Shown here in pieces: positions 1 through 8,478 of a stretch of DNA of 64,000 bases. Made by a program: the position numbers and the translations under genes. The stretch's first letter is position 1, and the number at the start of each line of letters is the position of its first letter. Under the pieces are notes generated by a model. It saw nothing but the letters and a program-made list of their open reading frames with translations, did not search any database and was not told where the DNA came from. This DNA is from a virus, in the IMG/VR virus record IMGVR_UViG_3300048625_000156, positions 1 through 64,000 of that record; one strand, written 5' to 3'.

Positions 1-67
1 ACAGCGACCTTGATGACTGGAGTGAACGTTCATAGGGGGCTATGAAAACATGCAGTGATATGCATGG

Positions 68-95
68 ACATCCTGAGCATGATGTAAAAAGGCTC
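68..95 (+). ncRNA. 28-nt H-type pseudoknot motif, copy 1
   Basis: ACATC-CT-GAGCA-T-GATGT-AAAAA-GGCTC; same geometry with compensatory changes at 1302-1329 and 16270-16297. Confidence 0.55.
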
Positions 96-210
96 CTTCT
101 TCATGCCTGGAATTTGCCGACCCCCCCTGGGGATCAGTTTACGAAGGGCTTTAAGAAGCTCCCGAAATATTTCCCAAAATAATTAAAGAAATATGCCAAA
201 TAGGCTTTAC

Positions 211-234
211 AATGTCCGTGGTTGGGTGTATAAT
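211..234 (+). promoter_or_regulatory. Phage early promoter AATGTC-N12-TATAAT
   Basis: AATGTCCGTGGTTGGGTGTATAAT; repeated with identical spacing at 1457, 2504, 4849. Confidence 0.8.
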
Positions 235-277
235 GGTATTATCAAGTAAAAAACCCTCCAATAAGAAAGGAGCCACC

Positions 278-1297
278 ATGGCTCATGAACTAGAAATCAA
301 CTCAGAAACTGGCGAAGCGTCTTTTGCTAGCCTACGCCAACCTGCTTGGCATGGACTGGGAACAGTCTTCACCGAAGAAGTAAACACCGCTAAGATGTTG
401 GAACTCGCACACCTTGACAACTGGAATGTTCGTCTTGAAGATGTGGCAATGCCAGAGGGCTTCAACTCTGACAAGGGCTACTCGTTCGTTACTCGCACTA
501 ACCCTTTCGACAAAACTCAGAATGATGTTCTGGGCGTTGTTGGTGAGCGTTATGTCCCACTCCAGAATGAGGACTTGTTCACATTTGCGGACAACCTGCT
601 AGACGGTGGTGGTCGTTGGGAAACTGCTGGCTCTATCAAGGGTGGTCGTCAGGTCTTCGGTGCTTTGGCTCTTGAGCGTGAAACCGTTCTTGACCCTAAT
701 GGCGTGTCTGACAAAATCAACACCTATCTGCTAATCAACACTTCTCACGATGGTTCTGTTGCCATTCAGGCAAGTATCACGCCTGTTCGTGTTGTTTGTG
801 CTAACACTCTCAACCTTGCTCTGTCTTCATTCAAGGGCAAGAACTCTGCTAAGCAGTCATTCAAAATCCGACACACTCAGACCGCTGAGGGTAAAGTTGC
901 TGTTGCTCGTGAAGCATTGGGACTTGCCAACAAATACATGGATGAGTTTGACATCATGGCAAAGGCTATGATTGAGAAGACTATTACTGACAACCAGTTT
1001 ATGGACATCATCAACCTTGCTTACCCTGCTCCAGAAAAAGACGCTAAGGGTTCATTCAAGAAGCACAACGACAAGGTGGACAGCCTGTTGGCAATCTATC
1101 GTGGACAGTTCAACGACACCATTGCGGACACCGCTTGGGGAGCATTCAACGCTTTGACTGAGCGTTTGGACTGGCACAGGACTGGTCGTGGTGGAAGCAA
1201 CGAGAGCATTCTCGCTTCGGCTTCTGGCTTTGACCCTGTAATCAACGCAGAGAAGAACCGCTTGATGAAGTTGGTTCAACAGAGCGTAATGGCGTAA
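278..1297 (+). CDS. DUF932 / phage-plasmid-like (TIGR03299-type) protein
   Basis: MAHE...PAWHGLG...Y.PLQN...ETAGS..GGRQVF...SHDGS...TPVRVVCANTL motifs; start moved to ATG 278 behind AAAGGAG. Confidence 0.85.
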   Translation: MAHELEINSETGEASFASLRQPAWHGLGTVFTEEVNTAKMLELAHLDNWNVRLEDVAMPEGFNSDKGYSFVTRTNPFDKTQNDVLGVVGERYVPLQNEDLFTFADNLLDGGGRWETAGSIKGGRQVFGALALERETVLDPNGVSDKINTYLLINTSHDGSVAIQASITPVRVVCANTLNLALSSFKGKNSAKQSFKIRHTQTAEGKVAVAREALGLANKYMDEFDIMAKAMIEKTITDNQFMDIINLAYPAPEKDAKGSFKKHNDKVDSLLAIYRGQFNDTIADTAWGAFNALTERLDWHRTGRGGSNESILASASGFDPVINAEKNRLMKLVQQSVMA

Positions 1298-1301
1298 GCC
1301 A

Positions 1302-1329
1302 CTCTCCTAGGCATGAGATAAAACTGCCT
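1302..1329 (+). ncRNA. 28-nt H-type pseudoknot motif, copy 2
   Basis: CTCTC-CT-AGGCA-T-GAGAT-AAAAC-TGCCT, starting 5 nt after the DUF932 stop. Confidence 0.55.
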
Positions 1330-1456
1330 CCCCCTGGGGGATCGATCCAGCTGCGACACGCCGACCCACTTTTCCCCTTTATCTATATGAAAAATCAGAT
1401 AGTTAAACATAAAAACTTCATTACGAACAGGTAAATATTTTCCCCGAATGTGGTTA

Positions 1457-1480
1457 AATGTCGGAGGGTAGGTGTATAAT
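1457..1480 (+). promoter_or_regulatory. Phage early promoter AATGTC-N12-TATAAT
   Basis: AATGTCGGAGGGTAGGTGTATAAT. Confidence 0.8.
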
Positions 1481-1510
1481 TGAGTTATAACCCAAGAGAA
1501 AGGAAAGTCA

Positions 1511-1681
1511 TTGGGACTTTACTATGTAAAAACCATTGTCGAATACAGTGGAGAAGTAGAAGCAGATAGCGAAGCCGAGGCTGAGGCTATTGGTTGGAAG
1601 TTTGACGAGGAACTTCAGTATGATGGTGTCTATTCCATTGATGTAGAAGAACTTGACGAGCCAGAAGAGGAAGACGAATGA
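1511..1681 (+). CDS. Small acidic protein with VEADS-E-AE motif (not in ORF track)
   Basis: AAGGAAAG SD then TTG; MGLYYVKTIVEYSGEVEADSEAEAEAIG...; ATGA overlap with next gene. Confidence 0.75.
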   Translation: MGLYYVKTIVEYSGEVEADSEAEAEAIGWKFDEELQYDGVYSIDVEELDEPEEEDE

Positions 1682-1932
1682 GCCACCTACCAACACGAGA
1701 AGCACACACCATTCCACCTATTGAGTGGGATACCAAAGCAATTCACTACGCAGACCCTATCGGTTTGTGTAATCGCCTCATTGAGGAACTTCATGAACTT
1801 GGTGATGAACTTGAGAATCGTGACCCTAATGACCATGACTATGACTTTATTGAGGGTATGATTTCTGCTCATACTGCTACCCTGACCATGCTAGGCGTAG
1901 ACAACATTCCAGTAGTAGGGAGCAACTGTTGA
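1678..1932 (+). CDS. Hypothetical early protein
   Basis: Coupled start/stop overlaps. Confidence 0.7.
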   Translation: MSHLPTREAHTIPPIEWDTKAIHYADPIGLCNRLIEELHELGDELENRDPNDHDYDFIEGMISAHTATLTMLGVDNIPVVGSNC

Positions 1933-2120
1933 GCGATTGGAATCCAGATAAGTTTATGACTTATAGGTTTGTTAGTGACTTTGCTGTCATTACCTTTACA
2001 GTGCCAGGAATGTCTGATTGGGACGAAGAGCAGTGGGACTCTGCTGCGACTGATGACATGACTAGTTATGTAACCGAATCAGATGCCTACTACCTAGATG
2101 ACTGTTGGGAGAACAAATGA
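1929..2120 (+). CDS. Small acidic hypothetical protein
   Basis: GGGAG SD, 4-nt overlaps. Confidence 0.7.
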   Translation: MSDWNPDKFMTYRFVSDFAVITFTVPGMSDWDEEQWDSAATDDMTSYVTESDAYYLDDCWENK

Positions 2121-2233
2121 TACCTGTTCGTAAACTCAAAGGTGATGACTACTACGACTACTACCAATGTCGTGAGTGTGGCAAGACTTGGAAGAGTTAC
2201 TTCAAGAAGATTGGACACAAGAAATGCAAGTAA
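2117..2233 (+). CDS. Small basic CxxC protein (not in ORF track)
   Basis: MIPVRKLKGDDYYDYYQCRECGKTWKSYFKKIGHKKCK; ATGA and TAATG overlaps. Confidence 0.6.
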   Translation: MIPVRKLKGDDYYDYYQCRECGKTWKSYFKKIGHKKCK

Positions 2234-2361
2234 TGTGTAATCATACTAGGATTGTTTGTCCTACCCATGAGGGTAGTTTTGATTGTAATTCATTCTGTGC
2301 TATCTGTGAGGGCTTTCAGGAATACTGCCCAGAGGGCTGTGAGGTGGAGACCTTTGAGTAG
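2233..2361 (+). CDS. Cys-rich small protein
   Basis: MCNHTRIVCPTHEGSFDCNSFCAICEG...; TAATG coupling. Confidence 0.6.
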   Translation: MCNHTRIVCPTHEGSFDCNSFCAICEGFQEYCPEGCEVETFE

Positions 2362-2503
2362 TTATGAAGAGGGCTACCAGGCTGCGATAGATAAGGTTGT
2401 TAGTATGCTTGACAATACTATGAACAATGAAGAAGTTATGACTACCCTGCCAGCAAAATGGATCTTGGGTATCCTGAGAGTATCCCTGACTAACCCAGAG
2501 TAA
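2354..2503 (+). CDS. Hypothetical protein
   Basis: GGAG SD then TTG; C-terminal part of ORF 2252-2503. Confidence 0.55.
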   Translation: MSSYEEGYQAAIDKVVSMLDNTMNNEEVMTTLPAKWILGILRVSLTNPE

Positions 2504-2527
2504 AATGTCGGAGGGTACTGTTATAAT
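2504..2527 (+). promoter_or_regulatory. Phage early promoter AATGTC-N12-TATAAT
   Basis: AATGTCGGAGGGTACTGTTATAAT. Confidence 0.8.
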
Positions 2528-2556
2528 AGAGTATCAACCCAAACAAAGGAAAAGAA

Positions 2557-3078
2557 ATGCATGTATTACAATATATCGCAGTAGTTGCTGAAGACAGTGA
2601 CGAGGCTATGCAAAGTGTTGAGACCTTTCTCAATAGCGAAATGGGTGGCAATGACTATGCTACCAACTCATGGTATGACTGGTTTGTAATTGGTGGTGGT
2701 CGTTTCGTAGAAGGAGACCCTTACGAGAGTTCTCCTAACCACATTATCTCTGCGTATGAAGCAGGTAACGATATCCTTGTAAAGACTATCAATGATTGCT
2801 TAGATAGCCGCAAGCGTGAGTTTGCAGATTACCGAGCAAGTTTCGATAAGAGTGAGATTGACCTCAATGCCAAACTAGATAGTTACACTGGTAACACCGA
2901 TTACTCATTCGAACTCTACCCCCTCAAGAAGATGATTGACATGCTTCAAGGTAACTGGGATTATAACTCCTACTTCTTTGACATGGACAGTCAGTCAACC
3001 AACCCTAAGTATATCCTTGATAAGGCTGAGAAAGATAACAAAAACATTTTTCTTGTCCCTATTGACTTCCACTTCTAA
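2557..3078 (+). CDS. Conserved phage hypothetical protein (DWFVIGGGRF ... LVPIDFH type)
   Basis: 173-aa ORF with SD AAAGGA; motif typical of phage early proteins. Confidence 0.75.
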   Translation: MHVLQYIAVVAEDSDEAMQSVETFLNSEMGGNDYATNSWYDWFVIGGGRFVEGDPYESSPNHIISAYEAGNDILVKTINDCLDSRKREFADYRASFDKSEIDLNAKLDSYTGNTDYSFELYPLKKMIDMLQGNWDYNSYFFDMDSQSTNPKYILDKAEKDNKNIFLVPIDFHF

Positions 3079-3090
3079 AACTGGTATAAT
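3062..3090 (+). promoter_or_regulatory. SigA-type promoter
   Basis: TTGACT-N17-TATAAT. Confidence 0.7.
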
Positions 3091-3116
3091 TGAGATAACC
3101 CTAAAGAAAGAGAACA

Positions 3117-3317
3117 ATGGCTACATTTGAAGTCACAGTAACCTATCACTTCGACACCACCTATGAGGTTGAGGCAGACAGTTACGAGCAAGCAGAATAC
3201 AAAGCCCTAGAAGAAGCAACCGAGTGGAAGCCCTACTCATCTGTAAAGGGCTACACTGAAGACTGGTATCAGGTAGAAGTTGAGCCAGCACACATTAGCG
3301 GAGAGTTGGACGACTAA
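3117..3317 (+). CDS. Small acidic protein with VEADS-EQAE motif
   Basis: Paralogous motif to 1511-1681. Confidence 0.75.
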   Translation: MATFEVTVTYHFDTTYEVEADSYEQAEYKALEEATEWKPYSSVKGYTEDWYQVEVEPAHISGELDD

Positions 3318-3760
3318 TGTACACCACAATGACTTGGGAAGAGTTTGAGGCTACCTACAAGCCTATCCTAAATAAAATTACTAAGTATCCTAGCGATACA
3401 CAGTTTGCTTTCGAAACCTATGGCGAAGAACAGGAGTTTGTTCTTGCCCAACCAGAGCAGAATGTCTGGACTGAAGTAGACGGAGATGGTGGTTGCTACA
3501 TTATCAATGGCTTCCACTATGTCAATCGCATTCAGTACTATGTGTGTGAGGTTCCTAATGCCCTGCCGAAGTACCAAGAAGTCGTACTCCAAGTCTACAA
3601 AGACTGTGACGAATGTGGCTGTGCTGGTGGCGACGGTACTACTGATGACGGTGAGCCTTGTGCTAACTGTACTGACAAGTATGACGAATTCAACATCTAC
3701 CCTGAACGCTCAGACCTAATTGAAATCTTTGGAGAGGAATACGCAAATGAGCAAGTCTAG
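3317..3760 (+). CDS. Hypothetical protein with CxxC..CxxC
   Basis: TAATG coupling; FETYGEE...VWTEVDGD...GFHYVNR motif. Confidence 0.75.
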   Translation: MYTTMTWEEFEATYKPILNKITKYPSDTQFAFETYGEEQEFVLAQPEQNVWTEVDGDGGCYIINGFHYVNRIQYYVCEVPNALPKYQEVVLQVYKDCDECGCAGGDGTTDDGEPCANCTDKYDEFNIYPERSDLIEIFGEEYANEQV

Positions 3761-3926
3761 TTATCTAACCAACGAGGAACTCTTGGAGAACATCGCAAGG
3801 GACCTAACTGAAATGCATCGTGAGACTGGTATTGATTTAGCATACTGGGACACAGCCCTAGAGATTGTACGTCGCTTCTATGACGTAAAGGTTGATGTGA
3901 TTGTGAGGGACCGCCGTAATGTCTGA
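3747..3926 (+). CDS. Hypothetical protein
   Basis: GGAGAGG SD before ATG 3747. Confidence 0.65.
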   Translation: MSKSSYLTNEELLENIARDLTEMHRETGIDLAYWDTALEIVRRFYDVKVDVIVRDRRNV

Positions 3927-4125
3927 CTCAAGCAGAGCATTTGAACACCTTGCATTTGACAAGGAAAACTTTGAAACATGGGTAGATGAGACTGGACAAA
4001 CCGCCCTTTCTGATGTACAATGGGAGAAGGTAAAAGACGAGTTAGACGGACGAGTAGAGAACTACTTAGACGAAATGATTTACAATGTTGTTATTGACTT
4101 TAGAGAGGGTCACTTCGATGATTAA
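3919..4125 (+). CDS. Small acidic hypothetical protein
   Basis: ORF track; overlaps neighbours. Confidence 0.7.
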   Translation: MSDSSRAFEHLAFDKENFETWVDETGQTALSDVQWEKVKDELDGRVENYLDEMIYNVVIDFREGHFDD

Positions 4126-4477
4126 AGTACTAGACTTGAACATCTTCTATCGTGAAGACTGGGACGAGGATACGGACACTACCACATGGGCAGACACACT
4201 GACCATTGACGTATACATTCGTGAAGAGGACCAGCACGGTGTCCGCAATCGTGAGACAGGCATGTTGATTGAGTGTACTCCTGAAGAGACTGCAGTCATT
4301 GCTCCTAACTACCCTGAGAATGAATACGGCTCAGACTGGTGGGACTTTGCAGAGAACCTTCTAAAGTTTGCACCACCTCGTGTATCATCTCTAATTAAAT
4401 CAGTAGACGTAGACAAAGACGGTACAGACGTAACGTTGAATTATACTGACTCACCACCTGATGGGATGCTGTTTTGA
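4118..4477 (+). CDS. Acidic hypothetical protein
   Basis: GAGGG SD before ATG 4118. Confidence 0.7.
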   Translation: MIKVLDLNIFYREDWDEDTDTTTWADTLTIDVYIREEDQHGVRNRETGMLIECTPEETAVIAPNYPENEYGSDWWDFAENLLKFAPPRVSSLIKSVDVDKDGTDVTLNYTDSPPDGMLF

Positions 4478-4480
4478 TCT

Positions 4481-4595
4481 TCCTAGTCGAGCACTGCTCC
4501 TAGGGACAGTAGGGAATCAATAACGTCTAAGGGGTTGGACGGATTCCCTACAGGGGAGGCACAGGGAGTTATTTCCTTTCACCTTGTGCTTCCCC
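4481..4595 (+). ncRNA. Structured intergenic RNA candidate (three hairpins)
   Basis: GTAGGGAATC/GATTCCCTAC (4509-4551) and GGGGAGGCACAGGG/CCTTGTGCTTCCCC (4553-4595) stems. Confidence 0.4.
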
Positions 4596-4641
4596 ACTAT
4601 TTTTGGTATAATAGAGATACAACTACACAGAAAGCAACACA

Positions 4642-4848
4642 ATGACAAGACGATTGACAGAAGAGGAAAAGGTAGCCAAGCAGTTAGCGAAGATAACTAA
4701 TGATTTGACTTTGGACTTAGAACAGGTGGGGGTAGTGTTATCAGACATCAGCCACAATGTATCATTCCGAAGACTAGGACTAATCGTAGAGGTAGCAGAA
4801 CAGGAAAAAGAAAATCGTTCTTTGGCTGACTACCCACGGCTTTGGTAA
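4642..4848 (+). CDS. Hypothetical protein
   Basis: ORF downstream of TTGTGC-N17-TATAAT (4584-4612). Confidence 0.7.
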   Translation: MTRRLTEEEKVAKQLAKITNDLTLDLEQVGVVLSDISHNVSFRRLGLIVEVAEQEKENRSLADYPRLW

Positions 4849-4872
4849 AATGTCAGAGGCAGGGAGTATAAT
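4849..4872 (+). promoter_or_regulatory. Phage early promoter AATGTC-N12-TATAAT, leaderless
   Basis: AATGTCAGAGGCAGGGAGTATAAT followed by 6 nt then ATG 4879. Confidence 0.8.
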
Positions 4873-4878
4873 ATAACT

Positions 4879-5172
4879 ATGACAGAAAACAACGAAACCA
4901 CATTTGAAAACAAGGTAGATATCCTTGCTGACATTTGGCTGAACTACAGAACAGACGGAGCCTTCCAAGACTTCATCGAATACAACGACTTGGGTTTGCC
5001 GTTAGCATACGCTATCTCAAACAAGATTGTTGAAGCAACAGACATTGCTGAGAACTTCGTGAACGAGAGTTTTGCTCTCTTGCTTGCTGGTCTTGATATT
5101 GACGAAGATAAGGGCTATGAAAACCTTGAAGACATCTTTGCTGATAATCTAGATAGTGATGAAGAAGAATAG
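4879..5172 (+). CDS. Highly acidic hypothetical protein
   Basis: FIEYNDLGLPLAY motif, acidic tail; leaderless start. Confidence 0.75.
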   Translation: MTENNETTFENKVDILADIWLNYRTDGAFQDFIEYNDLGLPLAYAISNKIVEATDIAENFVNESFALLLAGLDIDEDKGYENLEDIFADNLDSDEEE

Positions 5173-5179
5173 CTAGGCT

Positions 5180-5195
5180 GTCCCCTTCGGGGGAC
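5180..5195 (+). terminator. GC hairpin with UUCG loop ending the early region
   Basis: GTCCCC-TTCG-GGGGAC. Confidence 0.6.
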
Positions 5196-6085
5196 CTCCT
5201 GGTCGGCAGCTGTGTATAACTCTGTGGATAACTTTTTCAAACAATCCTAGTAGACATTACGAACATTACGAACCTTTCCCCAAAATCCCCAAACATTGTT
5301 TGTTTTGTTTGTCAAAAAAAGACATTACGAACGACCAAATATTTTTCCCCAATCATGGACATTAAATGTCAGTGGTATATGCTATAGGTGTATATACTAT
5401 ACTAGGGATTATAGAGATCAATTACAATGCCCCCCATTTTTGGGAGGGCATCTATTACGATCCCATTACAATTTCCTCTAGTATAAGACAATACACCTAT
5501 ACATCTATAGGTATTACGAACACACCATATTTTTCCCTGAAAGTTGTATGTTTTGATACATTTCTATTTGTTTTGATAAGGTTTTGAGCTAAATGAGAAC
5601 GATTATCAATAGTTTTTTATATAACAATTTGGTAAAAAAGCTTGACAAATTGGTGGATATGTGCATACTTGACAAATCAGGATATGTGTGGTATGTGGTT
5701 TGGGGATAGGTATATGCGGATAGAAATGTTTGCCAGGCTTCTTAAATATGCTCTATTACCCATATCCTTTTCCAAACACTCTCTTATTGACAACAGTTAT
5801 CAACAACAGTAAGATGAATCTGTGGATAACTATGTGTAAAACCTATCCTAAACAGCCTTCTAAGGGGTCTAGGAGGACTTATCTACATCTCCTAGGTCAT
5901 AATATTCGGAGGGTATTAAAGACTCCATATACAGCAGATAGGCAGCTATCAGGACATCCCCATAGACCTCTATCTCCACATCTCCTGATCTGATAGTATA
6001 CAGCCTATCAGGGAATATGGGATATTTGAACTTAGGTGTTTCCATTAGGGATTATCCTTATAGTTTATACTAGGGATTACGAAGC
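5196..6085. other. Non-coding repeat-rich region with DnaA boxes (origin-like or DnaA-titrating)
   Basis: TGTGTATAA 5211, TGTGGATAA 5223, TTATCAACA 5797, TGTGGATAA 5821, TGTGTAAAA 5833; TTACGAA and TAGGGATTA repeats. Confidence 0.55.
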
Positions 6086-6610
6086 TCATTCTTGATTCCC
6101 CGAAAAAGTTAGAGCCAGGTCTTCAATCGGTTTGAGTTGGTCTACATCCATTACTAGTCTTTCCCCATAGCCGTAGTTCTTCTTATAGTGTTTGGCTAGG
6201 AATGTTTCCTTGTCAATGTACCCCCAGAGAATGAATCTTGGATCTTCTTCTGACTTAGTTTTGTCTGCTCCAATGTACTGTACCATTATGGCAATGTCAG
6301 ACTTGAATAGCCATTTGGCATTAAAGATTAGACTTTTTAGCTGACTAGTCTTTACCTGGATTGTTGTGTCTCCAACCTTCATATCAGAACCATCATCTCC
6401 ACCGATCATTACTGTGGTGTCTACTGGAAAACCTAATGCCTGTCCTACTGCTTGCTCTCCTAGATGCCCAATAATATTAATACCCTCGGAAGTGTTGTTT
6501 CGATCAAACATCCTATCGGTTACGTTGTTGGCTTGCTTTGCTTCACGCATAGCCTTTACGAACTCTAGAGTTTCTTCTACTCTCTCTGAAGATACTGTTA
6601 CTTCAATCAT
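6086..6610 (-). CDS. Hypothetical protein, possible PD-(D/E)xK fold
   Basis: GHLGEQAV...GSD...IQVKT pattern. Confidence 0.6.
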   Translation of the reverse strand: MIEVTVSSERVEETLEFVKAMREAKQANNVTDRMFDRNNTSEGINIIGHLGEQAVGQALGFPVDTTVMIGGDDGSDMKVGDTTIQVKTSQLKSLIFNAKWLFKSDIAIMVQYIGADKTKSEEDPRFILWGYIDKETFLAKHYKKNYGYGERLVMDVDQLKPIEDLALTFSGNQE

Positions 6611-6930
6611 TTGGTATCCTTGCTTGGGACAAGCATGGGTTCTCTATTCCGCCGAGCTTCACCGTCAAAGATTGGTGCATAGATGTCTACCTTCTCAAAT
6701 TGAGATGTGTATTCAGTCTCAAAGAATTCACCTATCTTGTGGATTGTCTTGTTGGCTTTAGCCATAGCAAGCACCTCTAGGTCTTCTTCCTCACCCTGCC
6801 TGACTGCCTCACGCAACACATAGATAGCTGCTGTGTCTGGATCAAGATCAGTTGATACATCCCAAACTACTGAGAATATGCTTCCATCCTTATCTTGGTA
6901 TGCTACAGAATACTCTACTACTTCTCCCAT
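6607..6930 (-). CDS. Hypothetical protein
   Basis: ORF track; overlaps neighbours. Confidence 0.65.
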   Translation of the reverse strand: MGEVVEYSVAYQDKDGSIFSVVWDVSTDLDPDTAAIYVLREAVRQGEEEDLEVLAMAKANKTIHKIGEFFETEYTSQFEKVDIYAPIFDGEARRNREPMLVPSKDTK

Positions 6931-7184
6931 CCGATTAGCTCCTTATCTGCTACATGGTTTTTGACTACAGGGATAACGTCCTTAACAGTAAAGGCATCTT
7001 CTTTAAGCCAGTCAATGTCGTGGATATGCTTGTTTAGTAGGTCAACAATTTGATTGTGTTGCTCTACCATTCCTGCTTCGTAGCCATGTTCCCAACCCAG
7101 GTCATATCCTCGCTGGGTCAGTTGTACACGCCACTTAAATAGATACAGGAACTTATTCCATATCTTCTTTGCTTTGCTCTTCAA
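6918..7184 (-). CDS. Hypothetical protein
   Basis: ORF track. Confidence 0.6.
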   Translation of the reverse strand: MKSKAKKIWNKFLYLFKWRVQLTQRGYDLGWEHGYEAGMVEQHNQIVDLLNKHIHDIDWLKEDAFTVKDVIPVVKNHVADKELIGWEK

Positions 7185-7329
7185 TGATTTTCCTAACTAT
7201 CTTTTTTAGAGCCAAGCGTACAAAGATGTATGTAGCGATTAGCTCAAACAGAACGTTATAAATTGATTCTGTTAATAAATGTGTAGGATCAATTAGATCC
7301 ATCCACCACTGTTCAATTGTCATTTATTC

Positions 7330-7563
7330 CTAGAAAGGTGTCTCGTCTAGGTTCCAAGGCAGGTGGTCTTCTGCGTTCTTGGCTTCTTCGATAGCGTTCT
7401 GCAGAATAGCAACAGCTCTGGTTGCTTCTTCTACTGTTAGTTCAAGGTGTGTCCAGTTGCTTCCGTCATTGGAAATCACTTGGATCATAGGGATGTTGTC
7501 TTTCCATTCCTTAAATCCCCCAGCCTGGAATGCTCGGTACTCTTTAATAATCATGTCGTTCAT
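7330..7563 (-). CDS. Hypothetical protein
   Basis: AAGGAGA SD. Confidence 0.7.
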   Translation of the reverse strand: MNDMIIKEYRAFQAGGFKEWKDNIPMIQVISNDGSNWTHLELTVEEATRAVAILQNAIEEAKNAEDHLPWNLDETPF

Positions 7564-7715
7564 TTGTTCTCCTTATTTTATTGGTCCTGTGTAGAACACG
7601 ATCTGAGTTCTACCCATTAGTATAATTAGTGACTTACCTTTGGGATGTATCTCAAAAGCAATGCCATACAGCTTTGATGGATTAAAACGCTCCACCATAC
7701 GTTTGTACTTTATGC

Positions 7716-8201
7716 TCATGCTGCCTCATGTGCTACCCAGTAATACTTGCATGGCTCTTTACGGTCAGGGCAACAAGGGTTGCTCTCTGCTACCGAAGTA
7801 AAGAAGTCATAGTAATAGATAGGGTCTTTCTTGTATAGGTTTGCTTTGTGTGTAGTGGTAAGACGCTTCATGGTGATGTCGTTGGTATACCACTCTGGAG
7901 TATCAAAGCTCCAGTCAATACCGTGGACATTAAGAAGGTTGGTAAGATTTTCCATATTCTTGTCAGTCTTAATGCCACGCTTGTTTGCTTCACGAACCAT
8001 AGCCATAGTGTAGTCGAACAGGTTGTGCTCAAAGCCTCGCCACATCTTTACTGCTGGGTGGTTACGCCATCCTGCACGAGGATCTGGATTAGATAGAACC
8101 TTAAGAATTTGGTAGCACTCTAGGACTTGCTTGTTAAGACGTTTGTTGTCTAGGGCTTCTGCAGACTTGTCGAAGTCTTTGTAAGGTAAAAAGGTTTGCA
8201 T
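7716..8201 (-). CDS. Pyrimidine dimer DNA glycosylase / endonuclease V family protein (actinobacterial MSMEG_6728-like)
   Basis: MQTFLPY...LDNKRLNKQVLEC.QIL...GWRNHPAVKMWRG...H.ANL..KDP.YY. Confidence 0.85.
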   Translation of the reverse strand: MQTFLPYKDFDKSAEALDNKRLNKQVLECYQILKVLSNPDPRAGWRNHPAVKMWRGFEHNLFDYTMAMVREANKRGIKTDKNMENLTNLLNVHGIDWSFDTPEWYTNDITMKRLTTTHKANLYKKDPIYYYDFFTSVAESNPCCPDRKEPCKYYWVAHEAA

Positions 8202-8274
8202 ACGTTCTCTCTCGTTTAATGGACCTATATATATTATACTGGATACTCGCTTGCTTGTCAAGCGTTTAATCCTC

Positions 8275-8478
8275 TTATTTACCGCCGAGCTTTTTAAACT
8301 CGTCTAAACTTATATTTGTCCACACTCTGTCAGAATCTGGTCCAAGCTTTTGCCATCTCAATATATATAGTTTGTCACAGTCACAGAGCCATACTGTATT
8401 ATTTGGTTTAAATAACTTTATAGGTAATTTGCATATATGTTGTTGACTCGTAAATACCCCAAGAATTCTGCCAGCCAT
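8275..8478 (-). CDS. Hypothetical protein
   Basis: ORF track, TAATG coupling. Confidence 0.55.
   Translation of the reverse strand: MAGRILGVFTSQQHICKLPIKLFKPNNTVWLCDCDKLYILRWQKLGPDSDRVWTNISLDEFKKLGGK

Noticed and set aside
5296-5993. ORFs 5296-5481, 5366-5587, 5730-5993
   Set aside because: No SD, atypical composition, and they lie in the repeat/DnaA-box region; probably spurious
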